This document shows, piece after piece, positions 11,118-28,618 of a DNA stretch of 64,000 bases (positions within the stretch are counted from its first letter, which is position 1; the number at the start of each line of letters is the position of its first letter). Source of the stretch: Anaeramoeba ignava BMAN (Eukaryota; Protista; Anaeramoebae); the NCBI GenBank assembly GCA_028826165.1, contig JAPDFW010000011.1:62001-126000 (forward strand). The letters are read 5' to 3'. Both the position numbers and the translations under genes were made by a program. The notes under the pieces were generated by a model, which ran no database searches, was not told the DNA's origin, and worked only from the letters and a program-made list of their open reading frames with translations.

Positions 11118-12872
11118 TTAATTGTGTGATTCAGCCTTCTTTAAAGATTTCCCAAAAACTTGAAGATCAATTACTTTATGTCGATTTTGAGAATAAAACT
11201 CAGCCATCCTGTTTTTGGTTGATTGTTTTTCTGCAGGATTCTCATTAGAAGTTTCTTCTTCCCATTTATCCCAGAAACGGTATCCAGAAGGGAAGTTAGA
11301 CATTGGTGTTCCATCATTATGTAGAAGAGAAATAGGCAAGTATTCAGAACCCCAATTAGTTGTGCAAACCTTAAGATTGCTAGAAATACCAAAATCGTAA
11401 TCACCAAAAATAGGGCCATAAGTTCGAGAATAAAGAAGAGCTTGAGGATTGCCTTTATTATGTTCTCTTTGAACAAGTCTGAGAAAGCAAAAGTCTTTGA
11501 GAGAGCCTGATTTGAGTCTGGTTTTTTGCTTTTTGATAATTTTTGTGTTTTGACTATCTTTAGTTCCTGTCCGAAGTTTGGTGTAGAGAATCGCAATGAA
11601 TGAGTTTGTATCATTAATTCGGAAAGTATTCTCATCGTTGAAATAGTCAGATGTTGAATACGCAAATATAGTGTCATCATTCTCTGTTGTGAAAACAACG
11701 AACCAGCTTCCTTCGATGTTTTTGCATCTTTCATGAAGCTCGCTAATTGACCAACCATGTAAACTTGTTGAAAATGCCAGTTTGTAATTGCCAAAGTTTT
11801 CTTTGACTTGGAAAATATTATTCTTTGAAAGATCTTCTAGAACCTCATCCAAATATTTGTAGTTATAGATTTTTTCTTTGCTTGGGTTTGATTTGGGTGT
11901 GAATTTTATTTCGGGATCAAATTTTCGAGATTCAAAATTAAAATCTGTTCTTTTTTTCTTAATTTCATCCATTATGTCGGTTTGTCTTTTCTTTTGCTTA
12001 TCGTTTTCTTCCTTATTTCCCGATTGTGTTGATATCCAGGGAAGAAGATTGAGCGCATTCGAGTATTTCTCAAAATCTTGAATCTCATCTTTGATAAAGT
12101 CAAAATTAAAAGAACGAAGAACTTCAAGTTCGTTTTTTGACATCAAACCAAAACGGATTTTTTTATAGTACTTTTTGAGGAATTCATAAGCCTCTTTTGG
12201 TACAATTCGTGTGCGTTTTCTTAAAATGTTTTTATAAACTTTCCCGTTTTTGTTTGATTTATAAATGGAAAAATTAACAAGAAGCAAAAGAAGATCTGAC
12301 TCTGAATTTAGATTCAAGTTGTCGCTTTCAAAGATGTAAGAGATGATATCCTCGCTAAGTTTACAAATTTGTTTGTAATGACTATAGATCAAATGAGACA
12401 AATTATTCTGGAGAAAAGTCATCAAAGCTGGGAAAAGCACTTCGTTTTTTTTAACCCAATTATTTTGGAGATATTCAAGTACGTTTTCTGTTGTGAGTGA
12501 TTCTTGGATAAAATCTTCGCACCAAAACTCCAGTTGTTGATTGTTTTCTAGTATTTTGATCGCCCTTATAATTTCCCCAATGTTCTCTTCCGTTATTTCA
12601 ATTTCTCCTGTGTAAATGTAGTTGATTATATCCTCTCCTGTTTTTCGTGATATTTTACTTAAATCTATTTTGATTTCATCGTTTGATTTTTCGTCTCCTT
12701 TGTTAATAAGCTCAGGACACTGAAAACGTAAGAATTCTTTGTGAATTTTTACTTCTGTTTCTTTTTTTTCTTCTTCTTTGAGTTTTACTATTACTGTTGG
12801 ATTGCCTAAACTTCTTTCACGAATTGAACGGAAATCATTTGCAAGATCAATTAAATTAATTTGGCTTTGCAT
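11118..12872 (-). CDS. BTB/POZ-BACK-TLDc domain protein, copy 2 (intronless)
   Basis: 584-aa ORF nearly identical to 7832-9586. Confidence 0.85.
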   Translation of the reverse strand: MQSQINLIDLANDFRSIRERSLGNPTVIVKLKEEEKKETEVKIHKEFLRFQCPELINKGDEKSNDEIKIDLSKISRKTGEDIINYIYTGEIEITEENIGEIIRAIKILENNQQLEFWCEDFIQESLTTENVLEYLQNNWVKKNEVLFPALMTFLQNNLSHLIYSHYKQICKLSEDIISYIFESDNLNLNSESDLLLLLVNFSIYKSNKNGKVYKNILRKRTRIVPKEAYEFLKKYYKKIRFGLMSKNELEVLRSFNFDFIKDEIQDFEKYSNALNLLPWISTQSGNKEENDKQKKRQTDIMDEIKKKRTDFNFESRKFDPEIKFTPKSNPSKEKIYNYKYLDEVLEDLSKNNIFQVKENFGNYKLAFSTSLHGWSISELHERCKNIEGSWFVVFTTENDDTIFAYSTSDYFNDENTFRINDTNSFIAILYTKLRTGTKDSQNTKIIKKQKTRLKSGSLKDFCFLRLVQREHNKGNPQALLYSRTYGPIFGDYDFGISSNLKVCTTNWGSEYLPISLLHNDGTPMSNFPSGYRFWDKWEEETSNENPAEKQSTKNRMAEFYSQNRHKVIDLQVFGKSLKKAESHN

Positions 12873-13026
12873 TTGTTTTGTAAAAAAAAATGAATTTTTA
12901 TTTTTCCTTTTTTTTTTCCTTTTTTTTTTCTTCTTTTTTTTATTTAATTATTTTTCTTCTTTTTTTTTTTCATTTTTTTTTTCATTTTTTTAAAATAATA
13001 AAAAAAAAAATTATTAAAATAAGAAA

Positions 13027-17043
<4,017 letters not shown>

Positions 17044-17364
17044 AATTTCCAATTTCAATTTAAAAAAAAAAAACAAAACGAAATAAGGAAATTAATTAAT
17101 TAATTGATTAGTTCCTTTTTTTTTTTCATTTCTTTTTTCATTTGAATAAATGGAATAATTAAATCAAGGTTTAAAAAAAATTTTCGAAATGAAAAATTTT
17201 GCTTCTTTCTTCTTTCTTCTTTCTTCTTTTTTTTTTAGATAGTTAAAAAAAATTGAAAAAAAAAAATTATTTTTTTTTACTAATAATTATTTTATCATTT
17301 TTTTTCTTTTTCTTTTTCTCTTTTCTTTTTAAATTAAATTATAATTTTAAAGAAATTTTCATAA

Positions 17365-20300
17365 ATGGAAAAAAAAGTAAATTTTATATATAGATAATTT
17401 AATTTAATTTTCTTTTTTTTTTTTAAAAAGAAATCTGTTTCATCTAAAAATTTAATTTTGTACTTAATTTCAAAAAAAAAACAAAAACAAAAAAACAAAA
17501 AGAAAAATGAATTCGAAAAAGAAATTTCACAAAAAAACACCAATTCAACAGAACACAACTCAGCTTATCAAAATGAGGTTGTTATAATTGGAATAGGAAG
17601 TGATTCTGAAGATTCAAATGAAAATTCAAATGAAGATTCAAATGAAGATTCAAATGAAAATTTAAATGAAGATTCAAATGAAGATTCAAATGAAAATTCA
17701 AATGAAAATTCAAATGAAGATACAAATGAAAATTCAAATGAAGATTCAAATGAAAATTCAAATGAAAATTCAAATGAAAATTCAAATGAAAATTCAAATG
17801 AAAATTCAAATGAAAATTCAAATGAAGATTCAAATGAAAATTCAAATGAAAATTCAAATGAAGATTCAAATGAAGATGATTTTGATGAAAATGATGATTT
17901 TGATTATGGAGATGATGAAGATGATGATTACAATCATATGGCTTACTTAAAAAGTGATTCTTCTGATAGTTCTTTTAGTGATTCTTCTGATGATATTGTT
18001 GATGATAATATTCCTTTAGAAAAGAGAATTGAGATCATTCAATTCTATCAAAATATCAACAAAAAAACTCTTCCTTTTTGGGATAAAGATGAATTAATTG
18101 ATAAAAATGATGGGATTCCTTTTAAAGAAGCTGAACAAATAATTTCGAAATTTTTGGATTTACCTTCTCCAAAAATTGTTCCAATTCTCCAAAATTTTTT
18201 CGAAAATGAAAGTAGAAGTCTTTTTTCTCTTAAAAAAAAAATCAATCAATCAAAAAAAATATTAATGATTTTTGTTTTTTTTTTATTGTTAAAAAAAAAG
18301 TTGTTTGTAGGATTTTAATTAATTTTGTTTCAAATGTTCCTGTTTCAGTTCTTTTTGATCCAAATCAACAAGTTTTAAATGAGAAAGTATTCCCAAATTT
18401 ATGCAAAACTCCATTTGAATCAATCAATGAAAACTTTATTCCTTTTTGTTTCAAAAGAAAAAATACAAACCCAATAACAGGAGATACTAATATTAGTATT
18501 TCTGAAGAAACAGTATTGAAAAAATCATATGCGTTGATTGATTTATTAGTAGAATCATCAAAAGCAAAAGAAATTATTGAAAAAAGAATGGGAGTTATTT
18601 GTAAATATTAATTATTTTACTCTCAATGTTTTTATTCCAAAATTCATTTTCAAAACCAAAATACTTTAACTAGTAAATCAATTGATTTTTATTCTTCATC
18701 CTGAATCAAAAGGAAATATCATCCATTTTAGAACGTTGTTTGAATATTTATTGTCATCTTTTCCTGAATTAACTCTTAATACTTTGAAATCTCAAAATTA
18801 TTTTTTGATGAAAAAATTGTTCCATTTTACTCATGTTCAAGAAATTGCCGAATCAATTTGTGCAATATTTACATTATTGGCAACAAAGAAATATTTTGTT
18901 CTTAATTTTTTATTTGAAATGATTTTAAAAGATCTTTCTGATGAAAAATCCAATTTTATTCAAAATATTTTTTATCAAATATTTTCTCATCAAAATGGTA
19001 TCAAAACAAAATATAAAATCAAAGAAAATCAAGATTCCTAATTTAATTCCGTTTAATTCTCTTATTTTTTAAAAAAAAGAATCTAATATTATTGCTGTTG
19101 GAGACTTCTTTGTTGTTTTAATAGAGAAATTATTATTTATTAAAAATGCAAAATTGCTTTTCAATAATACTTTCAATGATACATTTTTCAAGAATATCAT
19201 AAAAACATTAAAAAATGAAAGAAACCAAACTTCTTCTGAACAAGTTTTTCAAATATTAAGGATTATGACACTTTTAATACAAAAAGGGTTTAAATTTAAT
19301 CTCATTCCAAAAATTTTTAATTTAATTTAATTTAATTTAATTTAATTTAATTTAATTTAATTTAATTTAATTTAATTTAAAAGGCAAGAAGAATTATTTG
19401 ATTTCTCAAATATCTTTCAACCTCAAAAAATTGATAATAATTTATTCTTTATTCAAAATCAAATCATTTCTCATTTACGTTTTTATGTGGAAGATTTATG
19501 TCAAATTTTATTAATTTTAAATTATAATAATGAATCACAAAAAATTCAAAATAATTTTCAAATATTTAAAAAAAATCAAAATAAACCAAATTTTAAACGA
19601 CATTCAAGAAAATCAATCAAAAAAATGAAGAAAAATAAGATAAAAGAAAAATTAGAAAAAGAAGAATGCTTTATTTTGCTTTAAAAGAAAATGAAAATGA
19701 AAATGAAAATCAAAATGAAAATCAAAATCAAAATCAAATTCAAAATCAAAATCAAATGAAAATGAAAATGAAATTCAAAATGAAAATCAAAATCAAAATC
19801 AAAATCAAAATCAAAATCAAAATCAAAATCAAAATCAAAATCGAAATGAAAATCAAATTCAAAATCAAAATCAAAATGAAAATCAAATTCAAAATCAAAA
19901 TTGAAAATGAATTAAAATTAAAATTAAATTTAAAAACTATCAATTTAATTCAATTATTTGTTAAAATTGCAGATTACGAATTAGAAAATTTAAAAGATAA
20001 ACAAGAAAATGAAATTAGCCTCTCATTTATAAGTCCAAAATTATGGAAATGTTTCATTAATTGCTTATTCGATAATGAGTATATTCACTAATATTTCAAA
20101 ATTATCCAAAAAATTCAATAAAAATAATAATTTAATTTAATTTAAAAAAAAACAAAAGAAATAATAATATTTATCATATAATGTTTTATCATCTTTTTGA
20201 TGCAGTTGTAAAACTTGAAAATGAAAAAAGTTTACAAGAAATTTTAATTACAAACAAATTTCTTTCAAGATTGATTGAAAAATATTTTGAAGATGAAAAA

Positions 20301-20676
20301 AGAGGTTTTCATTCAGGTTTAAGTGGATTTATTATTTTATTTTGCAATATAATTCGTTTGAAAGCATCTCTTCTTCAAGAAAATCATTTTATTTGCAAAC
20401 ATTTGAAAAATTTAGAAATATGGAATCAATTCCAAGAAAAATTAGATTTGGAAACTTTTAAATTAGTTTCAAATAAACCTTCAATAAATGCAAAATCTCA
20501 TTTTTCTCCCAAAATATTTCAAATAGATAAACAAGAATATAATTCTGGTTACAAAATTGGTTCTGAATGTAAATCAAATTTTTTTCTTAATTTTTCTTTT
20601 TTCATTCTTAATTTTTTTTATTTAATTTTTCTTTTAAAATTTAGATGCTTGTGCTTTAGGTTTTTTCCAAAAATAA
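17365..20676 (+). CDS. SAPS/SIT4-associated (PP6 regulatory subunit)-like helical protein, multi-exon
   Basis: Phase-compatible GT-AG exons. The C-terminal NNNIYH...GLSGFIILFCNII...W resembles the SAPS WNNFLH/GYMGHL segments. Acidic N-terminal NENS/NEDS repeats; indels in the repeat at about 19680-19900. Confidence 0.55.
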
Positions 20677-20787
20677 ATGAAATCAAACGGAACCATATAT
20701 TTTGGAATCAATTTCTTCTTTTTTTTTCAATAAAATTTAATCCACTTTTTCTTTTAATTTTTTAATTTTAATTTAAATTTCAAATTT

Positions 20788-21766
20788 TTAATCTTGATGT
20801 TCTCTATTTTCTCTATTTTCTCTTTGTTCTCTTTCAAAACAAAAATAATTAATTAATCGATAAACTAAATAAACAGCAGCAACTCTAATTAGAAAAAAAA
20901 GAGTCTTTCCAAAAATTCCTTGACTTTTTTTTTTATTATTAGAATCTTGATAATTTGATCTTGAATCATAATTTTCATAATTTGATCTTGAATCATAATC
21001 TTCATAATTTGATCTTGAATCATAATTTTCATAATTTGATCTTGAATCATAATTTCTTCTTTCATTTCTATTATTATTATTATCAATATAATCAATTGTA
21101 TATCCTATTTTTAAAATTAAAATTAAAATTAAAATTAAAATTAAAATCAAAATTAAAATCAAAATCAAAATTAAAATTAAAATCAAAATTAAAATTAAAA
21201 TTAAAATTAAAATTAAAATTAAAATTCAAAATTAAAATTAAAATTAAAATTAAAATTAAAATTAAAATTAAAAATATACTTAATCCACAACTTCCTTGAA
21301 CAACATATCTATCATTTGGATTATCATAACCTTCACAAGAAACTTCAATAAAATTAAATACCATATCAGAAGGCATATCAGCTTCACATTTCCATTGAAA
21401 AGTGTTTCCATCAAATCCTTGATTATAACATTGAATTGTTTGGTGGTTCATAAGAACATTTTACAGTTCCTCCAATACATTCTATTTGTTGGATTGGCCT
21501 AGCATTTCTTGATTCTGTTAATCTTCCTCGATAAAGTGTTAATACTTGAATCTATTATTATTAATAATAAATAAATAAATAAATAAATAAATGAAAAAAT
21601 TATTATTTTTATTATTTTTGTTAAAATTGGAATTAATTTTTAAATTTAAATTTTAAATTGAAAAACAAACATCTTCCATTAATATTTTATTAGATCTTGG
21701 ATACGAATAAATATCTTGAATTAATAAAAAGGAAAAAAGAATAAAATTTAATAGTAAATGTTTCAT
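20788..21766 (-). CDS. SARAF: SARAF/TMEM66-like protein, copy 1 (C-terminally truncated)
   Basis: Signal peptide, IQVLTLYRGRLT...CIGG, IQCYNQGFDG..QWKCEAD, VSCEGYD..DRYVVQGSCGL and a TM helix. One extra nucleotide at about 21440. Confidence 0.8.
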
Positions 21767-21813
21767 TGTTTTTATTTTAAAAAAAAAAGAAAAAAATGAA
21801 AAATAAATTTTTA

Positions 21814-24800
21814 TTAATTTTTTAATTTGTTTGATAAATCTTTAAATTGTGAATATTTTTCCCTAATTATATCTTTTCCTTTTTTATCAATTTTCTTTTT
21901 TTCAAAAAAATGTTTATAAGCTCTTGAAAATGTATAAAGATCCAAAAATATTCTTAATTTATCTTGTTCAATTTTGTTTTTAATATCAAAACTTTTCTCA
22001 ATTTGATTTTGATTTTGAATTTGATTTTCATTTTGATTTTGATTTTGATTTTGATTTTCATTTTGATTTTCATTTTCATTTTGATTTTCATTTTCATTTT
22101 CATTTTTAATTTCAATTTTATTTTCAATTTCAATTTTATTTTCATTTTCATTTTCATTTTCAATTTCAATTTGATTTTCAATTTCAATTTTATTTTCATT
22201 TTTAATTTGATTTTCAATTTGATTTTGATTTTCATTTTAATTTTCAATTTGATTTTGATTTTCATTTTCATTTTCATTTTTAATTTGATTTTCAATTTGA
22301 TTTTCATTTTCATTTTTAATTTTCATTTTGATTTTCATTTTCATTTTCATTTTCATTTTCATTTTTAATTTCATTTTTATAATTTTTTAATAATTTTTTA
22401 ATTTGATAATATCTTGAATAAAGAGGTATCATTTCAATTTTATCAATTTTATCTGGTGGAAATCTATAATGTTTATTAAATTCTAAAATATATCCATATA
22501 TTTCTTTTTTGATTATTGACTTTTCAATTAATAATTGTTTTAAATTCATTTTTTGTAGTTCTTTTGGTTGTTGTAAAATATATCTTTGAATATTTAATCT
22601 TGAATTTGAAGTTTCGATAGCTTGATATTCTTTTTTTTCGAAATCAAATTCTCTTTTAATTTTATTTGGAAATTCTTCAAAAATTTCGAAATAATGATTT
22701 TTACAACTTTTTAATATTTTTCGTGTTCTAAATCCTCGATATAATTTTGTAATTTTAATTGATGATTTTGTTTCAATATATCTTTTTAATTTGAAAATTA
22801 AATGAATATGAATTAATATTTTGGAATAATCATTATCATCTTTTGCTTCTCTTTCATTTTTATATTTGAATTTTTTCTTGAAACTTTCCATTTTGACTAT
22901 AAATATTCGATAAAGATAAATTGATTCTTCATTTGAAAATTTTAATTGATTTAATTTCATTAAATTTTGGATCATTGTTTTTGTTTTTCCTTGAAATTTA
23001 TTCAAAATATTTTCATATTGTTTGATGATATTATTCATTGAATGAAGAACATCTTGCATTTTTTTTTTGTGTTTGATTCTTTTGGTATCATACAAATTAT
23101 ATTCAGGTATATTAATTGTTAAGATTTTTCCAATTTCCATTTCATTTATTTCTTGAATAATTTCTTTTATATTTTTTTCTTTATCGAATTTAGATTCTTT
23201 TTGGGTTGGTTTTATATCATAAAAAAGCATCATTTCTTGTTCATTAAACTCAAAACTTTCATTATTATTTTTTGTATCACTTTCATTATTGATAATCATA
23301 TTAATTATATCATTATCATTATTGTCATTATCATTATTATTTTGTTGTTTTATTGGTTCTATAGGTTTAGAAAAAGAACTATTTTATTTTTTTTTAAAAA
23401 AAAGAAAAATTAAAAATCAAATTAATTCAAATTATATATTAAAATTACTTTTCTGTTTCATCAAAAGATATTAAATCTCCAATAGAATCGATTTTGTTAA
23501 TTTCTGGTTTTTCAATTATTTCTTTTGATTTTTGTGATTTTGATTTTGGTACATTTGATGATTTTGGTGTATTGTCAGTTGTTTTATCTGATTCTTCAAT
23601 TTCTTTTCTAAGTTGTTCAAGTTGTGATTCTGTAAAGAATTTTCCAAATGCACTCTATTTAATTGAATTTTTATTTATTATTATTAATTATTAAAACTAT
23701 TGTTTTATATTATATTTTTTTACATTTGAAAAATTGAAATTAAAATCTGATTTATTGTTTTGTTCATTTTGATTTTGATTTTGATTTTCAATTTGATTTT
23801 GATTTTGATTTTGATTTTCATTTTCATTTTCATTCTTGTTTTCATTTGGATGAAGATATTTATTATTAATGAATAAATCTTCAAAATTTAATATCATTTT
23901 TTCTAATGGTGAAACATTTCCAATAGCAAGAAGATTAACATTTGATCTACTTAAATTAGGACCAATAACAGCTGCTAAATTTTTAGAATCCATTTTATTC
24001 TTTTTAGAATATTCTGCTACTTTTTTTAAATATTGGATTAAATATTGAAGAACATCTTGATGAATTTTTGGTAATTTTGAAATTAAAACTGAAATTTGAT
24101 CTAAAGTTCCTGTTTAAATAATTTTTTATTAATTTCATTTCTTGATTAATTAATTTTGTTTTTGTTTTTGATTTTTTTTTAAATAAAATTAACTGGCTTG
24201 ATTCCATTTTTCAAATAAATCAAATGTAAATAAAGGTTCAGGTAAATCTCTAAAAAATGTTTTAAAAACTCCAGCAATAACATTTGGATCTTTAATTTTA
24301 GAAAAATCAAAATTTCCTCCTTTTTATTTTTAATAATTATTTTTATTAATTATTGAATTTAGAAAGAAAGAAAGAAAAAAAATTTATTTTCTATTTATGT
24401 TTGTTTTTTAAAAATACTTTTATTATAAGAATCAATAACATTTTCAATTTGAGTTAAACTTCCTGGAACTCGAAATATTCCTGTTAAATTTAATGCTAAA
24501 TAAATAAATAAAATAAAATTTAATAAAAATGAAAAAAAAAGGTTTTTTTTATTTTATAAATTTTATTAATTTACCATTTTTTTCAAGATATTCAACTAAA
24601 TCTCTTAAAACTTTAGGAATATTTCCTTCACAATTTTCTCTTTCAACTAATTCAATAAGTGAAACACCAAATACTTTTGTTGATTTTGTTTGATTTTGAT
24701 TATTTTTTTTCTTATCATTTTTATTATTTTGATTTTGATTTTTTTTATTCTTTTTTGATCGAACTAAAATTATAAATTAAAATTTTAAAATTTATTTTGA

Positions 24801-24853
24801 AAATTAAAAATAAAATTATTTTTTTCTATTTTACATTTGCTTTTAGTTGACAT
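21814..24853 (-). CDS. FAM13-like RhoGAP with IQ motif, copy 1
   Basis: FGVSL...IPKVLRDLVEYL, GIFRVPG (Arg finger), KTFFRDLPEPL, NKMDSKNLAAVIGPNL; IQ-like ITKLYRGFRTRK; FAM13-type repeats EKSIIKKEI...MIPLYSRY and LRIFL...EKYSQFK. Indel in the NQ/NE repeat near 22316. Confidence 0.8.
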
Positions 24854-24959
24854 TTTGTTTTAAATAAAGAAAAAATGAAAAAATGAAAAAAATGAAAAAT
24901 GAAAAATGAAAAATGAATTTTGCTTTTAAAATTTAAATTTTTAATTTTTTTTTTTTATT

Positions 24960-25410
24960 TTTGATTTTTTTAAATTTTGATTTTAATTTTTAAATTTTGA
25001 ATTTGATTTTTGAATTTTGATTTTTTTAATTTTGATTTTGATTTTGATTTTTGAATTTGATTTTTAATTTTGATTTTAATTTTAATTTTAATTTTGATTT
25101 TAATTTTGATTTTGATTTTGATTTTAATTTTGATTTTGATTTTGATTTTTAATTTTGAATTTTAATTTTAATTTTAATTTTGATTTTGATTTTGATTTTG
25201 ATTTTGATTTTGATTTTGATTTTGATTTTGATTTAAATTTTGATTTTGATTTTGATTTTGATTTTGATTTTGAATTTTGATTTAAATTTGAATTTTGATT
25301 TTGATTTAAATTTTGAATTTTAATTTTGATTTGAATTTTGAAATTTGAATTTGAATTTTGAATTTGAATTTTGATTTAAATTTGATTTAAATTTAGATTT
25401 TGATTTTGAT
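24960..25410. repeat. Intergenic (TTTTGA)n-type microsatellite
   Basis: Degenerate hexamer array. Confidence 0.85.
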
Positions 25411-28400
25411 TTAATTTGATTTGGATTTTTTAAGAGAAAGAAATTTCTTTAAAAATGAATTTGCTAAAATAATAGAATCAAAATTAACAAAAAGAGTAAT
25501 TTCCTCAAACTCAATTTTGAATTTAGGTTGAGATTGATCGTAAAATATTTTGGTTTTTTCTGTAATTTTGAAATTATCTTTTTGTTCTTGTTCTGGATAA
25601 ATGATTATTATTCCCTCTTTTGTAAATTGAATTTTTCCATTTCTTTGTGTTTCTCCAAAAGAAATATTAACAATAAATTCTTTTTCTTTTTCTTTTTTTT
25701 TCAATAAAATTGTTGATAATTCTGCAATTTGATTTTCAAGGAAATTAAGGATAAATGATTCATGTTCAATCAAAAATCGTATTTTTGTTGGTGAATTCTT
25801 ATCGAATTGAAGCTAAACAAAAATAAAACAAAAATTTTTTTTCTTTTGAGAATCATTTGGAAATTAAGATGATTTTAAGAAGAAAAAAATTTTTACTTTA
25901 TCAATTTGATTGTAATCAATCAAGTATAAATTATTTGGATAAACAATTTTCATTTCATTATTCATTAAAATTAATGTTCCATTCACTAAATTTTCTGTGA
26001 TTTCAAAAGGAAAGAATTTCATTTTTTTTTGCGCTTGTTGATCCTCTTTAAAGCTTGAAATTTGAGAAATTACTTTTAGATGTTTGCTAAATGAATTTAG
26101 TTCATTTTCATTTTTAAATTTCACAATAAAAAATCTGTTTTTATCAAACTGAATTCTGCCAACATTTGATTTCTTTGAATTTCTCAAAACCTATAATGAA
26201 TTTTGATATTGATTTGAAATTTAATTTTTTTGATTTTTTGATTTTTTGAATTATTTTTTTATTTTTTGATTTTTTGATTTTTTGATTTTTTGATTTTTTT
26301 ATTTTTTGATTTTTTGATTTTTTGATTTTTTGATTTTTTGATTTTTTGATTTTTTGATCCAATTTTGTTTACTTTAATATTTTTGAGGAAATTTATGGAA
26401 AAAATTGAATGTGAAAAAAAACTTAAGCAATGTTTTGAAAAGGAAAGAAAACAATTTTGTTGAATTGAATCATTCTCTTCATTCTCAATAAATTTGGCTT
26501 TAAAATTAAAATGATCAATATTTTTTGGCAAATCAAGAATAGGATCTTCTGGAAGGTTTTTTTTTAAACTTTCCATATCTAAAACTTCGTTTTGAGGTTT
26601 TTGAAGCAATGTTGGAATTGAAAGTCCATAAATTACTTCTTCTTGTTTGAAAAAAATAGGGAGTTTTAAATTAGGTTTTGGTTGATGAAAAACTTGGAAA
26701 CATCTAAAAAACAATTCCCGAATAAATTCTGTTTGGCAATTAATATAAAGTTTGATTAATCCAAGATTAATAATTAGTTCTGTTGGTTTTGAAATTAATA
26801 ATGAACACTATTTTTTTTTGAAAGAATAAAAATTATAAATTAAATTAAAAATTATAAATTAAAAATTAAATTATAAATTATAAATTAAAAATTAAATTAT
26901 AAATTATAAATTATAAATTATAAAATAAATTAAAAATTATAAATTATAAATTAAAAATTATAAATTATAAATTATGAATTATAAATTATCTCATTTGTTT
27001 TAGTTGATGAATAAATACTGTGATTTGATCATTCCATAAAAAAAAAGAAATTGATGAATCTGATAATTTTTTAACTTGAATTTGTTCATTTGTCATTTCA
27101 ATTAAACTCATATATTTTTCTTCATCTTTTGAAAAATTTGAATCTAATAAAAATGAGATTTTGTTTTGATGAGCACATCTTTGTGAAAGAGCTTCTAATT
27201 CATCATGAACTGTTTTTTTTTTAAAATAATATTAAAAAACAAAAAACAAAAAACAAAAAGCAATTACTTGATAAGCAATTTCCTATTGATTTAAAAGAAT
27301 CTTGATTTATATTTTCGAGATCAGTTTGATAAGTTTTGAAAAGATAAAATGTTTTTAAAATAATATGTCTTTGATGGGTATCTTGTGCTCTTAAAACCAA
27401 ACATTTTTCATTATTAATAGCTAATCTTAATAACAATTCATTATCTCTTGAAAAATTCATCTTAATTTTTAAATGAATTTTTAAATGAATTTTGAATTTT
27501 TAAATGAATTTTTAAATAAATTTGAATTTGATTTGAATTTGAATTTGAATTTGAATTTGAATTTGAATTTGATTTTGGATTTGATTTGAATTTGAATTTG
27601 ATTTTGGATTTTATTTTTAAATGAATTTTTAAATGAATTTTTAAATGAATTTTTAAATGAATTTTTAAATGAATTTTTAAATAAATTTTTAAATAAATTT
27701 TTAAATAAATTTTTAAATGAATTTGAATTTGATTTGAATTTGAATTTGATTTGAATTTGATTTTGGATTTGATTTGAATTTGAATTTTGAATTTGATTTT
27801 GGATTTTTAAATGAATTTTTAAATGAATTTTTAAATTGATTTTGATTTGAATTTTTAAATTGATTTTTAAATGAATTTTTAAATAAATTTTTAAATAAAT
27901 TTTTAAATGAATTTGAATTTGATTTGAATTTGAATTTGATTTGAATTTGATTTTGGATTTGATTTGAATTTGAATTTTGAATTTTTAAATAAATTTTTAA
28001 ATGAATTTGAATTTGAATTTGAATTTGAATTTGAATTTTTAAATGGATTTTATTTTTAAATGAATTTTTAAATGAATTTTTAAATGAATTTTTAAATGAA
28101 TTTTACATTCATTTGTGGGAAATCTTTAAATGTAATTAAAAGTAACGTTTCTTTTTTATCTTCAGAAAGTATTTCAAATCCAGTTGTTGTTAAACATAAA
28201 ATAGTTGCAGAAAATTGTCTTTCACTTGAAATTAAATCAAGCTTTTTAAAATTAAAATTAAAATTAAAATTAAAATTAAAATTAAAATTAAAATTCATTT
28301 ATAAAATTAACATTAAATTCAGCTCTTTCTTGAGCAAAATTTGATTGAATTGAAGATAAAAGTTGATGAATTGATGGCTCTTTTGGTTGATTTGATTTCT

Positions 28401-28467
28401 GTTTTGGAGTTTGTGTTAAAGGAGACGGAGAATTAATTTGAAGTGAACCAAAAATATTCCTTTTCAT
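25411..28467 (-). CDS. Uncharacterised protein with about five tandem PH-like modules, 7 exons
   Basis: Phase-compatible GT-AG exons. Repeating beta-strand runs end in helices (QRHIILKTFYLF, FIRELFFRCFQVF, ELNSFSKHL, LANSFLKKF). Apparent indel in exon 1. Confidence 0.55.
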
Positions 28468-28618
28468 TTTATAATTAAAATTTTATTATTAAAAATTTAT
28501 TTTTGCTTTTTTTTAAAAAAAAAATGAAGAAAAAAAATAAATTTTCATTTTTTTATTTCTTTTTTTTTAATTTCCTTTTTTTTTAATCAAAAAAAAATAT
28601 ATAATAATAAATAAATAA

